Positions 1 through 13,436 of a DNA stretch of 64,000 nt are shown here, one piece after another. The position numbers were made by a program, and so were the translations under genes. The stretch is from NCBI RefSeq assembly GCF_018977255.1, contig NW_024704742.1, forward strand, positions 106,704,001 to 106,768,000, written 5' to 3'. Positions within the stretch are counted from its first letter, which is position 1; the number at the start of each line of letters is the position of its first letter. The notes below the pieces were generated by a model that was not told the DNA's origin, ran no database searches, and worked only from the letters and a program-made list of their open reading frames with translations. The stretch comes from Callorhinchus milii (taxonomy: Eukaryota).

Positions 1-879
1 TCAGTTCATTAAATGAATTTCCATTCCTCAGCCATTTATAATTGGTGACCAATACTGAAGCTAATTTTTAATAGTATTTTTAAAAGTAAAACAATATGAA
101 ATGCTGTTCCAGACTTTATTTGGTTTCATAACTGGGCAGAACACAAATATCAAAAATGAACAACAGCTTCATTAATTGTATCTGCCTGTAAACCTTTGAA
201 AGAAGCGAATATGCTCTCATATTTGGTCTCATTCTTGCACTCAGATGCTCTACATAAAAGTGCAATTTCCTCTCGATAAATTTGGAGGAAACAGTTTTAC
301 ATCTTCATGCTTTACTGAAGAATGTTTAAATATTAAACTTCTCCAATGAGGCAAAAGGTCCCAGTGTCAAATGTACCATGGCCTCCAACTTTTCATATGA
401 AACCCTTATAGCAGGTAGCACAATTATTGAAGCTGGGGGAAAAAAAATTCAATAGGGAGTTATTAAGGGATTTATAAACCCACATGTACAGAGGGAATTA
501 CAAATGTCCTTATAATTGTATAATTAACAACGAATGAAAAGGATTGGCAGTTAATTAAATGCTTAATACTTTTTTCTAACCAAATCAATTGAACTTCACT
601 GTTGAAAAGCACAATTTGAGTCACTGCTATGGACAACAAAGTGGTGATCTGAAAATAAAGGATGTTTGCTGTCTGATAAGAAGGTCACAGTTCACCATTT
701 TCTGGCCAGAAGTGGACTTTAAAGATATGCAGTTAAATATTTTCACAATCACTTTGTTATGGAAAGTATGCCCGATGTATAATTTTTGATTTTGTTTTTA
801 AGAATGGGATACATTATGAGAAGACCTCAGTAAAAGGAGGCTTCAAGTTGCTTAGACTCAATACTTCAAAAATTGTAAC

Positions 880-2232
880 TTTTTTGTAAGCCAGTTGTCT
901 GACACGTGCGGAAACCCATCTAAATCAAATAAAGTTCCATGCATCCCACCTATACATGGAAATTCAAGAGATTTTTTTTTAGTATTTAATGGGCACTCTC
1001 TCCCTGGAGGGACACATTCTGCTTACCTAATTCCATAAAGTATTAGGTGCAGGTTGGCAAGAGCCAAGGCTTGGGGATCGAGGAGTGGGCAAAGGAGATA
1101 CTGATGGAATCTAACCAGCTAAACCTGCATAGCTTGCCATTGAGAGTACTGCCTGGGAAGCTTTCCCGCGGCTTGGTCCAGCTAGAATCACCCTACCCGT
1201 TAAGGCTTTGGGTTGCAGGGTTAACAGGAGTAGAGTGGGAAAATTCCCTATTCCCGGTGAGTGGTCTGCCCTTCCAAGTCCTGCCGATTAGTAGGACGAT
1301 TAGTCCAGCCTGACTATGTTGTCATCAGCAGTGCCCTGGAGTACTGCGGACCTGGTTGCCTTTGGAAATGAACTACTGAGACAGGCCACAGAGGGTGGGC
1401 TCAATTCTGATATTCTGTTGCCAGATATGTCAGCTTCCAATTCAGCTTCAAGGATACCCCCAAGGAGGATAATCACTAGATGGTCATTTGTTGCAAGTTT
1501 GAGCCCTCAGTAGTTGGATAGTAGGTACCAGGAACTCCCTGCAAGCTTCCTAGTGGGCAACGCAACTCAGCATAAAGTGTGTGACAGCAATGCTACCATC
1601 TTCCTGGTCTGGAGCTTAGACAACATCCCTTCCCACTGAGTGATGTTTCCACCAGTTGGAGGTGCGGAACTGTTTAACTCTGCAAGCCAATCAATGTGGA
1701 TTCCAGGTGCTGGATGTACGAACGCATGATCACGAACTCGGACTCCATGTAACGCTTTCCAGCAGCTGTCTCCCCAAGCCAGAGTTCCCTAATCAGCTAT
1801 CTGATGGACATCTGATGCCTTCAGGGTGTGCCCTTCGCTGCTCAGACCTTCAGGCAGTGTCCAGGCAAAAGTTGGTGTCCACCACAATCCCGAGGTACTG
1901 ATAAGAATCAACAATTCTATACTTCAATCAATACTCTCGATGCTTTCTTTTGAGCCGTGCAGAACCATGATTCCACACCTGAGAGCACCCATCACCATGT
2001 TCCACTAGTTGCCCCAGTGCTCAAGATGGCAGGTGCCGTGTAGAAGGTCCCCAGGTGAGTCCAACAGCAGCACAATATCGTCCACAAACAGAAGAACTGC
2101 AATCCTGTCAGAAACACCTGGAACAGATACACCAAGTCCATGCCGTCGCTGTCATCCAACACATTGTTGATGAATACATTGAATAGGGTGGGTGACAATT
2201 GGTAGCCTTGCCTTCCCCTCCTTTCAAGAGGC
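880..2232 (-). mobile_element. Degenerate 5'-truncated LINE of unassigned clade, with RT remnant, 3' end and A-tail
   Basis: Across frameshifts the minus strand reads RQGYQLSPTLFNVFIN...GVSVPGVSDRIAVLLFVDDIVLL...RCGIMV...YQYLGIVVD. Its 3' part recurs elsewhere in the window. Confidence 0.8.
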
Positions 2233-3898
2233 TTAATAATAATAAAGATCCTTGCATTTAATTTAGCACTTGCCTTATCACGTCGTCGAGACATCCCAAA
2301 GCACTTCACATAATATATTGTAAAGTCAATTGATTGTATATTTTGTGGGTGAAACGTGGCAGCCAATTTCGCACAGCAGTGGCCCACAAATCATCGTGGA
2401 TTGAGTAACCAAATTATTTTCTATTTATTTTGATGGAATTATTAAATTATTAGAGGGATGGGCTCAGTGAGTTACTATCAACACTTACATGTTATACAAA
2501 TTCCAGATACACTCCAAGATTTGGCCATCATTTCAACATTCGCAGGAAAATAAGTGCTTTGAATGACTGACTAAATGCAGTCTAATGTAGATAAGCAGAC
2601 TATTCAGATACTCCAAATAATACAATTATAATTAACATCTAGATGTTGTCATCATGTTGGTCTGGAGCCTGGCTGTTTTCAAAAATAAACGGCCAGTCTC
2701 AATGTAGCTATCATGCTGGTGCTTTACTGAGAGAAAATCTAAGAATCTTGCCAAACATACATCAAAATCATGAAGTTATCACATCCATTTCATCAGTCAC
2801 ATCTTGATCATATTTTGAAACATTTACTGGTTCTTGCTCGTCATTAATTTACCACTTAAGAAGTTATGAAAACATCTGCATTTTTTTTTCTTATCCACTC
2901 AAGTCGCTGTAGTATAAAAGCTTTACAGTGATCCTTGACTTTTATTTTGCATACAACTCTACTAACATGTACAACAAGCAGAATTTATCATCACATTGTT
3001 ACTTGCATGGCACAGTGGATTATTCTGATGTTATTACATGTGCAGGTACTCTATTTTAAATTCAGTCATTATAAATGCAGTACTAATTTTAGCTGAAGTT
3101 GAAATAGATTCTAGAATATTCTAATCAGCAATGTGTACTATAAAAATATTTCCTCAAAGAATTTAAGAGTACTTGACCCATATTCATGTAGATTACTTAA
3201 AACATGTTGGATAAATGTGCATTGACCTAAATTGTAGGATCAATTTTGATTCTGTATTAGGAACATTTTCCAAATTGGGTTCTGGCTATGTAGATAAGTT
3301 CATTTCACTAGGATTTCTTTTCTACAGAATTTATTTGTGAAGTATAAATTTATCTTAAATTTTCAAATGATGCATTTTGCAACAAAACTGTTATCAGATA
3401 AAACTTCATAATACGAACAGCTGAGGTCTCTGGATAGCCATCAGGATTGGATTATCCTCTCCCAAATGAGTGGTGCTAGAGCTATTCGTAATGCTCCAAC
3501 TGGAGAGATCAGATACCAGAAAACTCAGTGTAAAGCAAGATTGAACCTGTGAAGTTCGGGTCTTCTGGTATATGATGCACAGTAGGGCCTTAATCTGAAG
3601 ACAATCAGAAGAATCTATGGCTATTAGTTTCCAAAAATATGTACAAGATAAAGAATTTGCAACTGCTGGAATCCCTCAGGATTCTTTCCTTAGTTGCGTG
3701 CACATAATTGTACTTTTTTTTAAAAAAAAGGTAAAGGTTTTAGGTATGTTATTTACATTCATTTATTAATTAATAGAGCCTAACTTTTCTCCAAGATTCA
3801 AAGCAATATCTGTTCTCTTCATTTTAAAATAGATTATGAACGTTGCACAATTAATTTTAATTTTCTCTTCCTTCCTCATTTATCAAAACCCTATTATT

Positions 3899-4060
3899 CA
3901 TAGAATCATACAGCACAGAAGGAGGCCATTCAGCCCATTGTGTCTGTGCCGGCTCTTTGAAAAGAGCTATCCAATTCAATCCCACTCCCCTGCTCTCTCC
4001 CCAAAGCCCTGAAAACTTGTCCTCCCCAAATAATTATCTGCTTCTCTCTTAAAAGATGTT
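3899..4060 (-). mobile_element. CR1 LINE 3' end
   Basis: CATAGAAT tail repeat; matches 17540-17690 and 62432-62600. Confidence 0.8.
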
Positions 4061-4189
4061 ATCATACCGGAGCTTGGGGAAGAATACTTGCCATTATCCA
4101 TGCACAAATTAACCATGCACACAAATTCATGGATTGCACACACGGAGACTTATATTAACATTCAAACAATATTGTTTCACTCCAGTCAC

Positions 4190-5430
4190 TCCCTTCACAA
4201 ACTCCTCCAATCGGGTTTCTGTGCCGCTCACAACACAGAAACAGCTTTGGTCAAAGTGACAAATTACATTTTGTCCATCTGTTACCAGGGCTCCCTCTGT
4301 CTCCTTGACCTCTCTGCTGCCTCCGATACCGTTGACCACTCTATCCTCCTCCGCCACTTCTCCTCTCACCTCAACCTTCATGGTTCTGTCCTTGAATGGT
4401 TCAGATCCTATCTCTCACACCTCGTCTCCACTTCATCTCCACCAACGTCTTCTCCTTTAGTGCCCGCACCGTTGTGCGGTGTTCCTCAGGGCTCTGTCCC
4501 CTCCTCTTCAATATCTAAATGCTTCCCCTTGGTGACATCATCCGCAGACACGGGGTCAACTTCCCAACTCTATCTCTCTGCCTCAACCTCAACTCCAGGA
4601 TCACTGCTGTCCTGACAGAATGTCTGTCAGACATCAAGTCCTGGATGAGAACTAACTTTCTTCAGTTCAATGTCAACAAGACTGAGGTTCTCCTGATTGG
4701 CTCAAGTCAACGACTCCACACCTCAGGTACTTATAGCATCACCATCCATGGATGCACACTCCACCTCACTGAGCCAGTCTGGAACCTTGGCGTCTTGTTT
4801 GACCCTCAACTATTCTTTCAATCCCACATCCGTGCCATGACCCGTTCTGCCTTCCACCACCAACGCAACATCACCCGGCTCCACCACTGCCTCACCACTC
4901 AGGCCACCGAAACCCTCATCCACTCATTCATCACATCTAGGCTTGACTACGCCTTCCCAACTCCTCCCTTCACAAGCTGCAGATCATCGAGAACTCTGCA
5001 GCTATTGTCCTCTCCCGCACCAGGCTCTGTGACCCCATCAGCCTCACCCTCACCCAACTCCACCGGCTCCCCATCCCCTGAGGATAGAGTTCAAAATCCT
5101 CGCCCTTGTTTTCAAGGCCTTCCATGGCCTTGCCCCTTCCTACTTCTGTGACCTGCTGAACCCATATCAACCTGTCCGCTCCCTCTGCTCAGCAGGCTGC
5201 TCCACGTCCCTCGCCCGGCCCACTCCACTAACCGGCAGCTGCCCCCACTCTATGGAACTCCATCCCACATTCCTATCGCCTCACTCCCTCCCTTCTTCGA
5301 GCTGCGACTCAAAACCCTCCTTCGGCCACCCTCCTACTTTCCCAGATCCCCAGCTCGGATCCAAATCCCTGACTGTCCAGCGCCTTGGGACACTCCTCCC
5401 AACGTGAAAGGCTCTATACAAATACAATTT
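4190..5430 (+). mobile_element. L2-clade LINE fragment (RT and 3' UTR), frameshifted
   Basis: ORFs contain HNTETAL, LLDLSAASDTVDH, GVPQGS, NLGVLFD and SRLDY; L2 3' tail present. Confidence 0.9.
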
Positions 5431-7223
5431 GCATCATATTGTACGTTAGGAAATTTTTTAAAAACTGGGTGATTACTGGGTGAACGATTAGAATCTTCTA
5501 GTGAAAATCTGGAACTTTCTTCCCCAAAAGGCTGTGGATGCTGGATCCGTTCACATCTTCAAGACTGAGATGGATAGCTATTTGTTAGGTCACGGTATTA
5601 AGGGACATGGGGCAAGGGAGGGTAATTGGACTTGAGGTACAGATCTTATAGGAACAGGATCGAAGGGCTGAATGGCCTACTCCTGTTTCTACGTTTCCCA
5701 CTTAAATTGTAAAATTATTGAGTTCAAGGCTCAATTACTATCGTCATAAGATTAGGAAAACTTAAATGGCGTAAAATGACAGCAAGACTAGAGTGAATTT
5801 ATCATTTCTAATTTCAAAAAATTAAATTGATTTTGATCAAATTACATTTGTATTGTACATACATGGGTGTATGTACAAAGACAAGAGCCAATATATTTGA
5901 CTGTCTACCCAATATTTATGTTTGCACAATAGGTACTCCACAACAAAATTCTTTTGAATCAGATTTGTTGAATTAGTATGCAGTGAAGTTCCATTTTGTT
6001 TCACGTATTTTAAAGAATGCTTACCAGGAGCACCAAAGATTAGTGATTGATCCTGATTGGATTTTTAAAAAGGTTATTTTTGTAACCGTTTAACAAATCT
6101 CCAGATTTGTTGAATCCCAGAACATTTTTAAAATATTCATTTAAATATTAAAAATAAACTGTAACATGGTTTTATCTGTAGGCAATTTTAAAGAGGCCTT
6201 CTTCTAATGCTAAAATGAAACATTGCTTTTAAGCTCAATTTTGTTCAGCTTTTGTTCACTTCATCAACCTGCGAAGCTTGGAGAAGTTTTGAATGAAATT
6301 TTCAACATGTGGACAGATATCTATTCTTTATTAACAGAAGAACTATAACTGAACTTCCACTCTGTCCAGGTTTATTAGTCTACCAAGTGATTTAAAAAAA
6401 TATTCTGATTATTTTAAGTGGTCAAATAACCATGGTTTCTAATATTTTTTTTCTCAAACAGGCCCATTTATAGCCAACAAATGGTATAAGCTCTATTACA
6501 ATAAAAAATGAAAACATTAGTTTTTTGCTCCAAATTCAAAGAATGTTTTAAATGCATATATGGTGAAAACAATACGTGTATTACACTTGATGAAAGATAA
6601 TTTAGAAACTCTGTACAATACAGATACTGTATGTAATCTAGCATTTCTGGAAAACATGATATAAAATTGACATTAAAAAGTGTCAAATGAATTTATATTT
6701 AAAGAATTCCTGATATTCATCTTCTTCCAGATGAATAATTATGAGAATGCACTGAAATGTTTTGAAATAGACTCACTCATTCACTAATTTTACCGCGGTT
6801 TTGCTAATAGTTATGTTAATATAACAACTGCAGATATAGCTATGGAGTGGCCTCTAAAGGGTAAAAATATCATGCCACAATTAGTAAAGATTTCTGTTAA
6901 CACTCATTATTAGAGAATTGTTAATATTGAAATGAACCCTCTGTATTTTAATAGTCAAATGATCAATTATATAGGACAAAAACTTTTTCTCATACAACAC
7001 AAAAATGTTACGTATGATGAATGTATTTTAATGAAAACACGAAAGGGGTTAAAAAAGAGAAGTATTCCAGCAATTCCAGTGTTTATAAACACACTTTCAA
7101 GAGATGTATCAGTTTTGAGATTAAGGTGGATGAATGGTTGCACAAGTTTGCACCTGAGATTGAAAAAAAAATGAAGCAAGGGGTAGCATCTTTCCGGGGA
7201 GGGAAAACAAAAAGCAAACATAC

Positions 7224-7286
7224 CATTGGTTGGGTGTCGAGCAAATGAGATAGAAAATCTTTTTACAGCAGAACTGCGTGTGGTGT
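7224..7286 (-). CDS. PPIP5K2: PPIP5K2 coding exon 27, 63-nt cassette-type exon (DTTRSSAVKRFSISFARHPTN)
   Basis: Matches the recalled AVKRFSISFARHPTN isoform segment; AG/GTATG; symmetric phase 1. Confidence 0.92.
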
Positions 7287-7714
7287 CTGAGAAAGAGAAA
7301 AACAGGTACCTGAAATTTGAACAGCTACCAGAACAGAGTTTAAAAGGAAGGGTTAAGTTAGGCTGCATGCAGGGTTATTTAGAGGGAAAAAAGTCAGTGA
7401 GGGTAAAACTGTCAGCTGTTACAGATCCCTTTGTTATCAATGAGTGTTAAGAGTACATTGCAAATTAATGTCAAGGAAAAGAATCACAACAACCAGTTAG
7501 TGAAAGTATAGAAAGTACTTTGCCACCATTTAGTGACAAATGGTTCCTAAAAAGCCTTCTCCAAATCACCATTCTGCCTCAAATCTCAGCCTTCACAGCG
7601 GACTTTGATTGACTACCTAAACTGATAAATTAATGAGGCATTCTTGACCTTATCTTTATTTAACATGTCAATAGTTATGGTCCCAGAAAGTAACCCTCAT
7701 CTTCTGCCACCATA

Positions 7715-8028
7715 AATAAATAAATCCTTGCATTTGATATAGCTCTTTTCACATCTTCTAGACATCTCAAAGCGCTTCACAGAATATGCTGTAAAGTGAA
7801 TTGACCGTATATTTGTGGGTGAAACGCGGCAGCCAATTCCGCACAGCGGTGTCCCACAAAGAGTTGTGGATTGAAAATGACCAATTTATTATTGTTTTTT
7901 TATTTTGGAGGGATTATTATCAGGTGTGTGGAGTAAGGAAACTTGCCCAAAGTTTCGCCCTACCTGGAATTGAACTCAGGTGTCTCGCTTGCAAAGCGAG
8001 TGCTCCAACCACTGAGCTGCAGGACTCC
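7715..8028 (-). mobile_element. tRNA-derived SINE, short variant
   Basis: GGAGTCCTG.AGCTCAGTGG head with A and B boxes; L2-like tail. Confidence 0.88.
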
Positions 8029-8456
8029 ACACCATTTGTCTTGGAATGTTACAATTTAATACTGGAATGTAATTGTATGCAATTTTATAGCAAAGTCACA
8101 CAATAAATTTTACAGCTGGTCAACTAGTATATGCATGAAGCATTAAGTTTTCAAAAAAACTCAGATTGGAAATACCAAATGCAGGAAATCGATTACTTAG
8201 GAAAAATGATAAAGCTTTGGTAAACATTTTTGAGCTATGTTTGGTGCATATATATGTATCTAATGCAGTTAGAACACTGTGTAAATTTTTTGCCTGCAGC
8301 ATAAACTGGTGATCCATATGATACAATGAGCGTGGACTGGTCTTCCAGGCTCAGGTTTTGGAAAGGGAGAAATAGGATTCTGCTATTTTCAACACAGAAT
8401 TCCAATATTTCTGAAAAAAATTGGCTACAGGTTTGCGTAGCGATATGTGCACATAC

Positions 8457-8576
8457 CATCAAAGCAGCCAGATGATGTCAGCTTTTTACGATGCGTACGA
8501 GCATAATCCTGTAGGTTAGGCGCACTCGAGGAACCCCCAAGCACAGTAGTGCTAAACAGGCCTGCACAGTGAGACC
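8457..8576 (-). CDS. PPIP5K2: PPIP5K2 coding exon 26 ([40 protein letters not shown])
   Basis: Conserved [14 protein letters not shown] motif; 120 nt, phase 1 to 1. Confidence 0.96.
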
Positions 8577-9229
8577 CTAATGGGAGTTAGAGAAAACACA
8601 TACAAACCAGGTGTTCTACGTTCCATAGAGGGATACATGCAGCATGCCTTAGAATTACAAAAGATTGTTTACTGGCATGGCACACACAAACAAGTTTAGG
8701 CATTCCTTTATGCACACACATCACTTTAAAAAATACGAAGTTTAAACAGTTAAATCTTATATCATCAGCAGATGAACAGTTTCTCTGTTTAAAAGGCTAG
8801 AATAATATATTTACAGTCAGGGTATTTAAGCTGGAACAAGGACCTCTCCCTCAAAGAAATAAGAAAAGGGTGATGCTTTGTAAGGCGGTAGGTTTAGCAC
8901 ATCTTATGATGTGCACTTATTTATCTAAATGCACTAAACCTACTACCAGGCATAACATCATCCCTAAATATGTCTGCAAAAAGATCGCTCCAAGGTTTAC
9001 ATTGGTCAATTTACGGAACCAAATATGCTAATATATAGTATACGTCAAATCCCCTTATGCTTGAAATGTTCTTTCAAAACATTTTGGCCGAACATTTTTT
9101 GCATCCACATTTTTTTTAAACATTTTTTTTCGAGTCAGCAAGATATCTGTCATGTACAGAAACCCATCTTCGTGCTTAAGAGTTCTCCAAACCAAATTAC
9201 TGAGAGTTCCACATACATATATGGTTGTC

Positions 9230-9484
9230 TCAAAGAGCTTCGCAGAATATACTGTAAAGTGAATTGACTGTATATTTGTGGGCGAAACGCAGGAGTCAAT
9301 TGGGCACAGCAGTGTCCCATAAACAGTCGTGGTTTGAAGGGACCAATTTATTATTTTTTCTTGAGGGATTATTAGCAGGCGTGTGAAGTAAGGAAAGTTG
9401 CCCAAGGTTTCACCCTGCCGGGAATCGAACCCAGGTCTCTCGCTTGCGAGGCAAGTGCTCTACCCACTGAGCTACAGGACTCCA
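9230..9484 (-). mobile_element. tRNA-derived SINE, short variant, 3'-truncated
   Basis: Same family consensus. Confidence 0.85.
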
Positions 9485-9489
9485 TATAT

Positions 9490-9765
9490 GATCTGATTCT
9501 CCTGATAAAGCTAGGCTTGCTGGTCTTTCATCAACAGTACCTTAAGATACTGTGGACCTGCCTGCCTCAAGAACTGAGCTAGTGAGACCACCACAAAGAT
9601 TTTATTCAATTCTGATATTGGCATGTACGTCACCTTGGAGCAGCATAGTCTAAATAGACCTGTCTTACATCCCTTCAAGGTTAGTCACTAGTTGGTCATG
9701 AGACATCTGATAAGTGCAGGTTTGGGTACTGCTAGGTGAATACCGGGTACTATGAATTACTCACA
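9490..9765 (-). mobile_element. Internal fragment of the same unassigned LINE family
   Basis: Degenerate similarity to about 1280-1550. Confidence 0.55.
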
Positions 9766-10529
9766 AGCCATATTTTTAAAAACTGAACTGTTTTCCAACA
9801 CATTGGAATCTGTGCTAAACATAGGAAATCCAAATACATGATAAACAAAGGAATCGCAGGTGATAAAAGATTTATGCCAATAATTTGCTCTCAAATGCAT
9901 GTTAACTGTTCAAATGCAGTTACTCAACACAAAAGTACACATTTTAAAACTGATTTCATAATCATGGTTGTCCGTTCGTGCTCCTTTCCATGGGACAAAA
10001 TAAACATTTGACTGCTTTCTAAAAGAGAATACTTTTTAATCAATCTAAATTTCTGACTGAAGGAATAAAATAAATCAAGATCTTATAACAAATATCAATC
10101 ATATATAAACAGATGCCAGGGTTTGTTAAAATAAGTTGCTGCACACCATGCTTTTGTAAGTGACCTCAAATCCAGTCACAAGGCAACACATTACTCACGT
10201 GGTGATGAATCTTTCAAATGGGGCAGTTTTTAAGAATCAATGTGGGTTTTATAATCAGAAGGATTTAAATTCTGTATTCACACTTTGCATGTGAATTTGC
10301 AACTTTCCTAAATATGAAAACAAACCAAAAAGAAACACTAAAAACTATGGTCAAACCCAATAAACCTGTATGTAGATTATTCCTGCAAACTTCCCATGTA
10401 GAAATCCTTTTAAAACCTGCACAAATCAATTTACGTCTGGCAACACTCTACTCATTTTCTATTACTAACAATATAAAATGAACAGTGTTGGATTGATTTC
10501 ACACTCTTCCAAACATATTCAGCACTTAC

Positions 10530-10599
10530 CAAGTCCAGTGTATTTCTGTTCTGTATGTGACCTTCCAGGTCGCAAATGGTTACTGCTGTCTGAGAGAAC
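10530..10599 (-). CDS. PPIP5K2: PPIP5K2 coding exon 25 (VLSDSSNHLRPGRSHTEQKYTGL)
   Basis: Resembles the recalled VVSENANYLRTPRTLVEQK; AG/GTAAGT; 70 nt, phase 0 to 1. Confidence 0.88.
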
Positions 10600-11330
10600 C
10601 TGCAAAGAAGTGGAATGATATTTTGAATATTTGAACAGCAACAAGAAACAGCGTTCATACTGACACCTGCTTCAATCAGTGTTAATAAGCTGCATGATAA
10701 ATGTTAGTGGAAACATATAGATGCAGACAATGATAATTCATGCAAAATCTCCTACCCTGAATTGAATCAATTCCACCTACAATATTTTTGCAATGGAGTG
10801 AACACAACAAACATCAGATTAACACATAGCAGTAAAGTAAACAGATGAGGAAAATATTCAACTATAACAGAATACAGATACCATTCTATTGCTACACCAG
10901 TTACCTACACTGAACCCATAGAGGCAAAGTTGCACATAAGAGCTTGCGGAAGAATAATATATCTTAAATACCATGCAGACAGAACAAGAATATATTTTGG
11001 ATATTGCATATTCTTCGTTAGGTTTAAGTTGCAGTACCTCTTTTCATTTAATTGTGTTTTATTTTAGGAACAAGTAAATATGTAGCCATTTCTACTGATA
11101 GAAGAATGAAATGAAAAGTTTCATAGGGTAACTACTTTTCCTGAAGCCCATAATTTCAAGGATGTGGACAATTACAAAAACCTGCATGTACACAGTACCT
11201 TTCACGCAGGCTACCACTATAGAGTGGTGCAGTTGGACACCAAGCAAGGGGAAAGGAGAAGTTGACAAAACTGTGGTTAGGGGGTTAGTGTTGAATGGCG
11301 CACAGGGGTCAGGAGAATGCACAGTAAGCC

Positions 11331-11359
11331 GGGGGGGGGGGGGGGGGGGGGGTGGGGGG
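11331..11359 (+). repeat. Poly-G tract
   Basis: G22-T-G6, read directly from the sequence. Confidence 0.9.
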
Positions 11360-13436
11360 TATGAAAGGAAGGATGTATAGAAGTGTGGTATGAGCAAGTA
11401 AGTTTGGGCATTTGTATGCAAGGGTGAGGGTCTTGAAGTCAATCTAGACAGAGACAGGGATCGGGACTGGAGGAAGAAAAATAGATTTGGGTGTCAACTG
11501 CATTCATGTGGAAGTTAACCCATTGTCTGTGGAAGATGTCATCAAGAGGAAGCATTTAGATACGGAAAAGGTCGAGAATGAAGCATTGAGGTACAACCAG
11601 GAGACAGGAGGAGGGCAGAAGGAGAAACCGTTGGAGGAAACAAAGCAGAGTCTGTGGGAATTGAACCAGAAGAGTCTGGTCCCACACAGGTGAACAAGGG
11701 AGGAGAAGCAACCTAGGGGATCAGTCGAAATCAGCCGTGTCATCTGTGGGACACTGTTGTGCACAATTGGCTGCCACGTTTTGCCCACAAAATATACAGT
11801 CAATTAACTTTACAGTATATTCTGTGAAGCGCTTTGAGACATTTCGAAGACGTGATAAGGTGCTATATCAAATTCTAAAATTATTATTATTATTAAAACG
11901 ACAACATCCTCACCAATATAAGATAATAGCTATCAAACAGGAATGTATGGTTTGATCTGAGCTGTGATAAATTAGCTAATATATGGAGAGAAACTTACAC
12001 AACTGTAGTTTTCATTGGAGAACAGATGGAGAGAAGCCATAACTTACATTTTTAAAGTACTGAGAGCAATTAATTTATTGACTTTTGAGCACAGAACTGC
12101 AGGGCAAAATCAAGATTTGTTCTGAAGGATTTCTCCCAACCCCTGCCCTAAACCTGAGATTACTGGAATTCACTCCCAATGGTGTCATAGATCAACAACT
12201 TTTTTAAGAACAGAACTGATTTAGGGTCAATAAAAAGTAACCACAGAAACAGCTAAATGAATGCTTCATGGAACATTATGGTATGAGGTGCTGAGACCAT
12301 GGAAATGCTACCTCAATTAAGACATCAAGTCAAGGATGTACAATGAAGGAGGTAACATAAAATCAGTATTCTGGTATTTTGATTTGATTTATGGGTTAGT
12401 GACGGAGGGTGTAGGAAAGCAGGAAAAAACTCTAAAAAGCATTTTCTTAGAGATTAAATGGGTCAGGTAAAGCTTGTGACTGATTCGTCTATAAATTGTC
12501 CATAAGAGCTTAATACTGTACTTTGTTATTACATTCTTGAACGGGATGGATAATATGAGTTTTCCTCTTTGATGAAAAATGTCCCATAATAATGGTGCTC
12601 CACTAACCAACTCTGCTAAACATTTATGAAACATTGGTACACAGGAAACTGATAATAATTCCTCAAGAAAAAAACCCCAATAATAAATTAGTCACTTCAA
12701 TCCACAACTGTTTGCGGGATATTGCTGTGCGCAATTGGCTGCTGCGTTTCATCCACAAATAAACAGTCAATTCACTTTATAGTAAATTCTTTGAAGGGCT
12801 TTGAGATGTCTAGAAGATGTGAAAAAACGCTATATTAAATGCAAGGACTATTATTATATTATAATTGCAACTCAAACCTACAAGATTTAGAATACTTAAC
12901 TTTAAGTGCTAGGATAGCATTTTAAAACTGCTATGTCAAAGCACCTTCAGGTTTTAATTGCAGTATTTAACTGGGATGCATCCAACGAGCAAGTTATGAC
13001 TGTTTTTAAATATAGTGATAAATGAACTGGGTACTGCAACATTCAAGTTAGAGAACTAGCCTTCCAAAATTCTGTAAAGAATAGCATAAAGAAATGCAAG
13101 AGCAGCATCCACATTAAGTTCTTGCATGGATAAGCACCAAAATAGCAAATCTTATTTAAATGTGAATAAAAATAGTGTCATTCATTACAAATAAAGAAAC
13201 CATATTAGAATTACAATAATTAAGTCTAATATAGCCTAAATAAATAGATTAATTATTTGTAGCAAATAAGTCTACTTAATTGGTCAATTGAAAATACTTA
13301 ATGTTAATCTTTTTATTATTATGAAGGTCAGCGTTAAAATTAATAAGAGGGGCTTTAAAACAGACTCGATGATTACTGTGAATGTCTGATCAGTGAAAAT
13401 GGCAGTTTTCATAAGAATGAAGGAAAATTGAAAAAC

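Noticed and set aside
6021..6060. Strong donor-like CTG|GTAAGC on the minus strand
   Set aside because: There is a stop shortly upstream in the phase-1 frame and no credible acceptor.
6260..6318. ICP...QVDE words resembling the missing ICPLETLHNALSLKQVDE exon
   Set aside because: The two words are out of frame (38 nt apart instead of 33), there is no GFELYSMV upstream, and there is no good acceptor. Probably chance.
8120..8350. Possible extra exon just after exon 26
   Set aside because: The acceptor is GAG, separated from its pyrimidine tract, with no convincing donor and no recognisable homology.
11092..11442. Poly-Pro and poly-Gly ORFs
   Set aside because: Translation artefacts of the poly-G tract.
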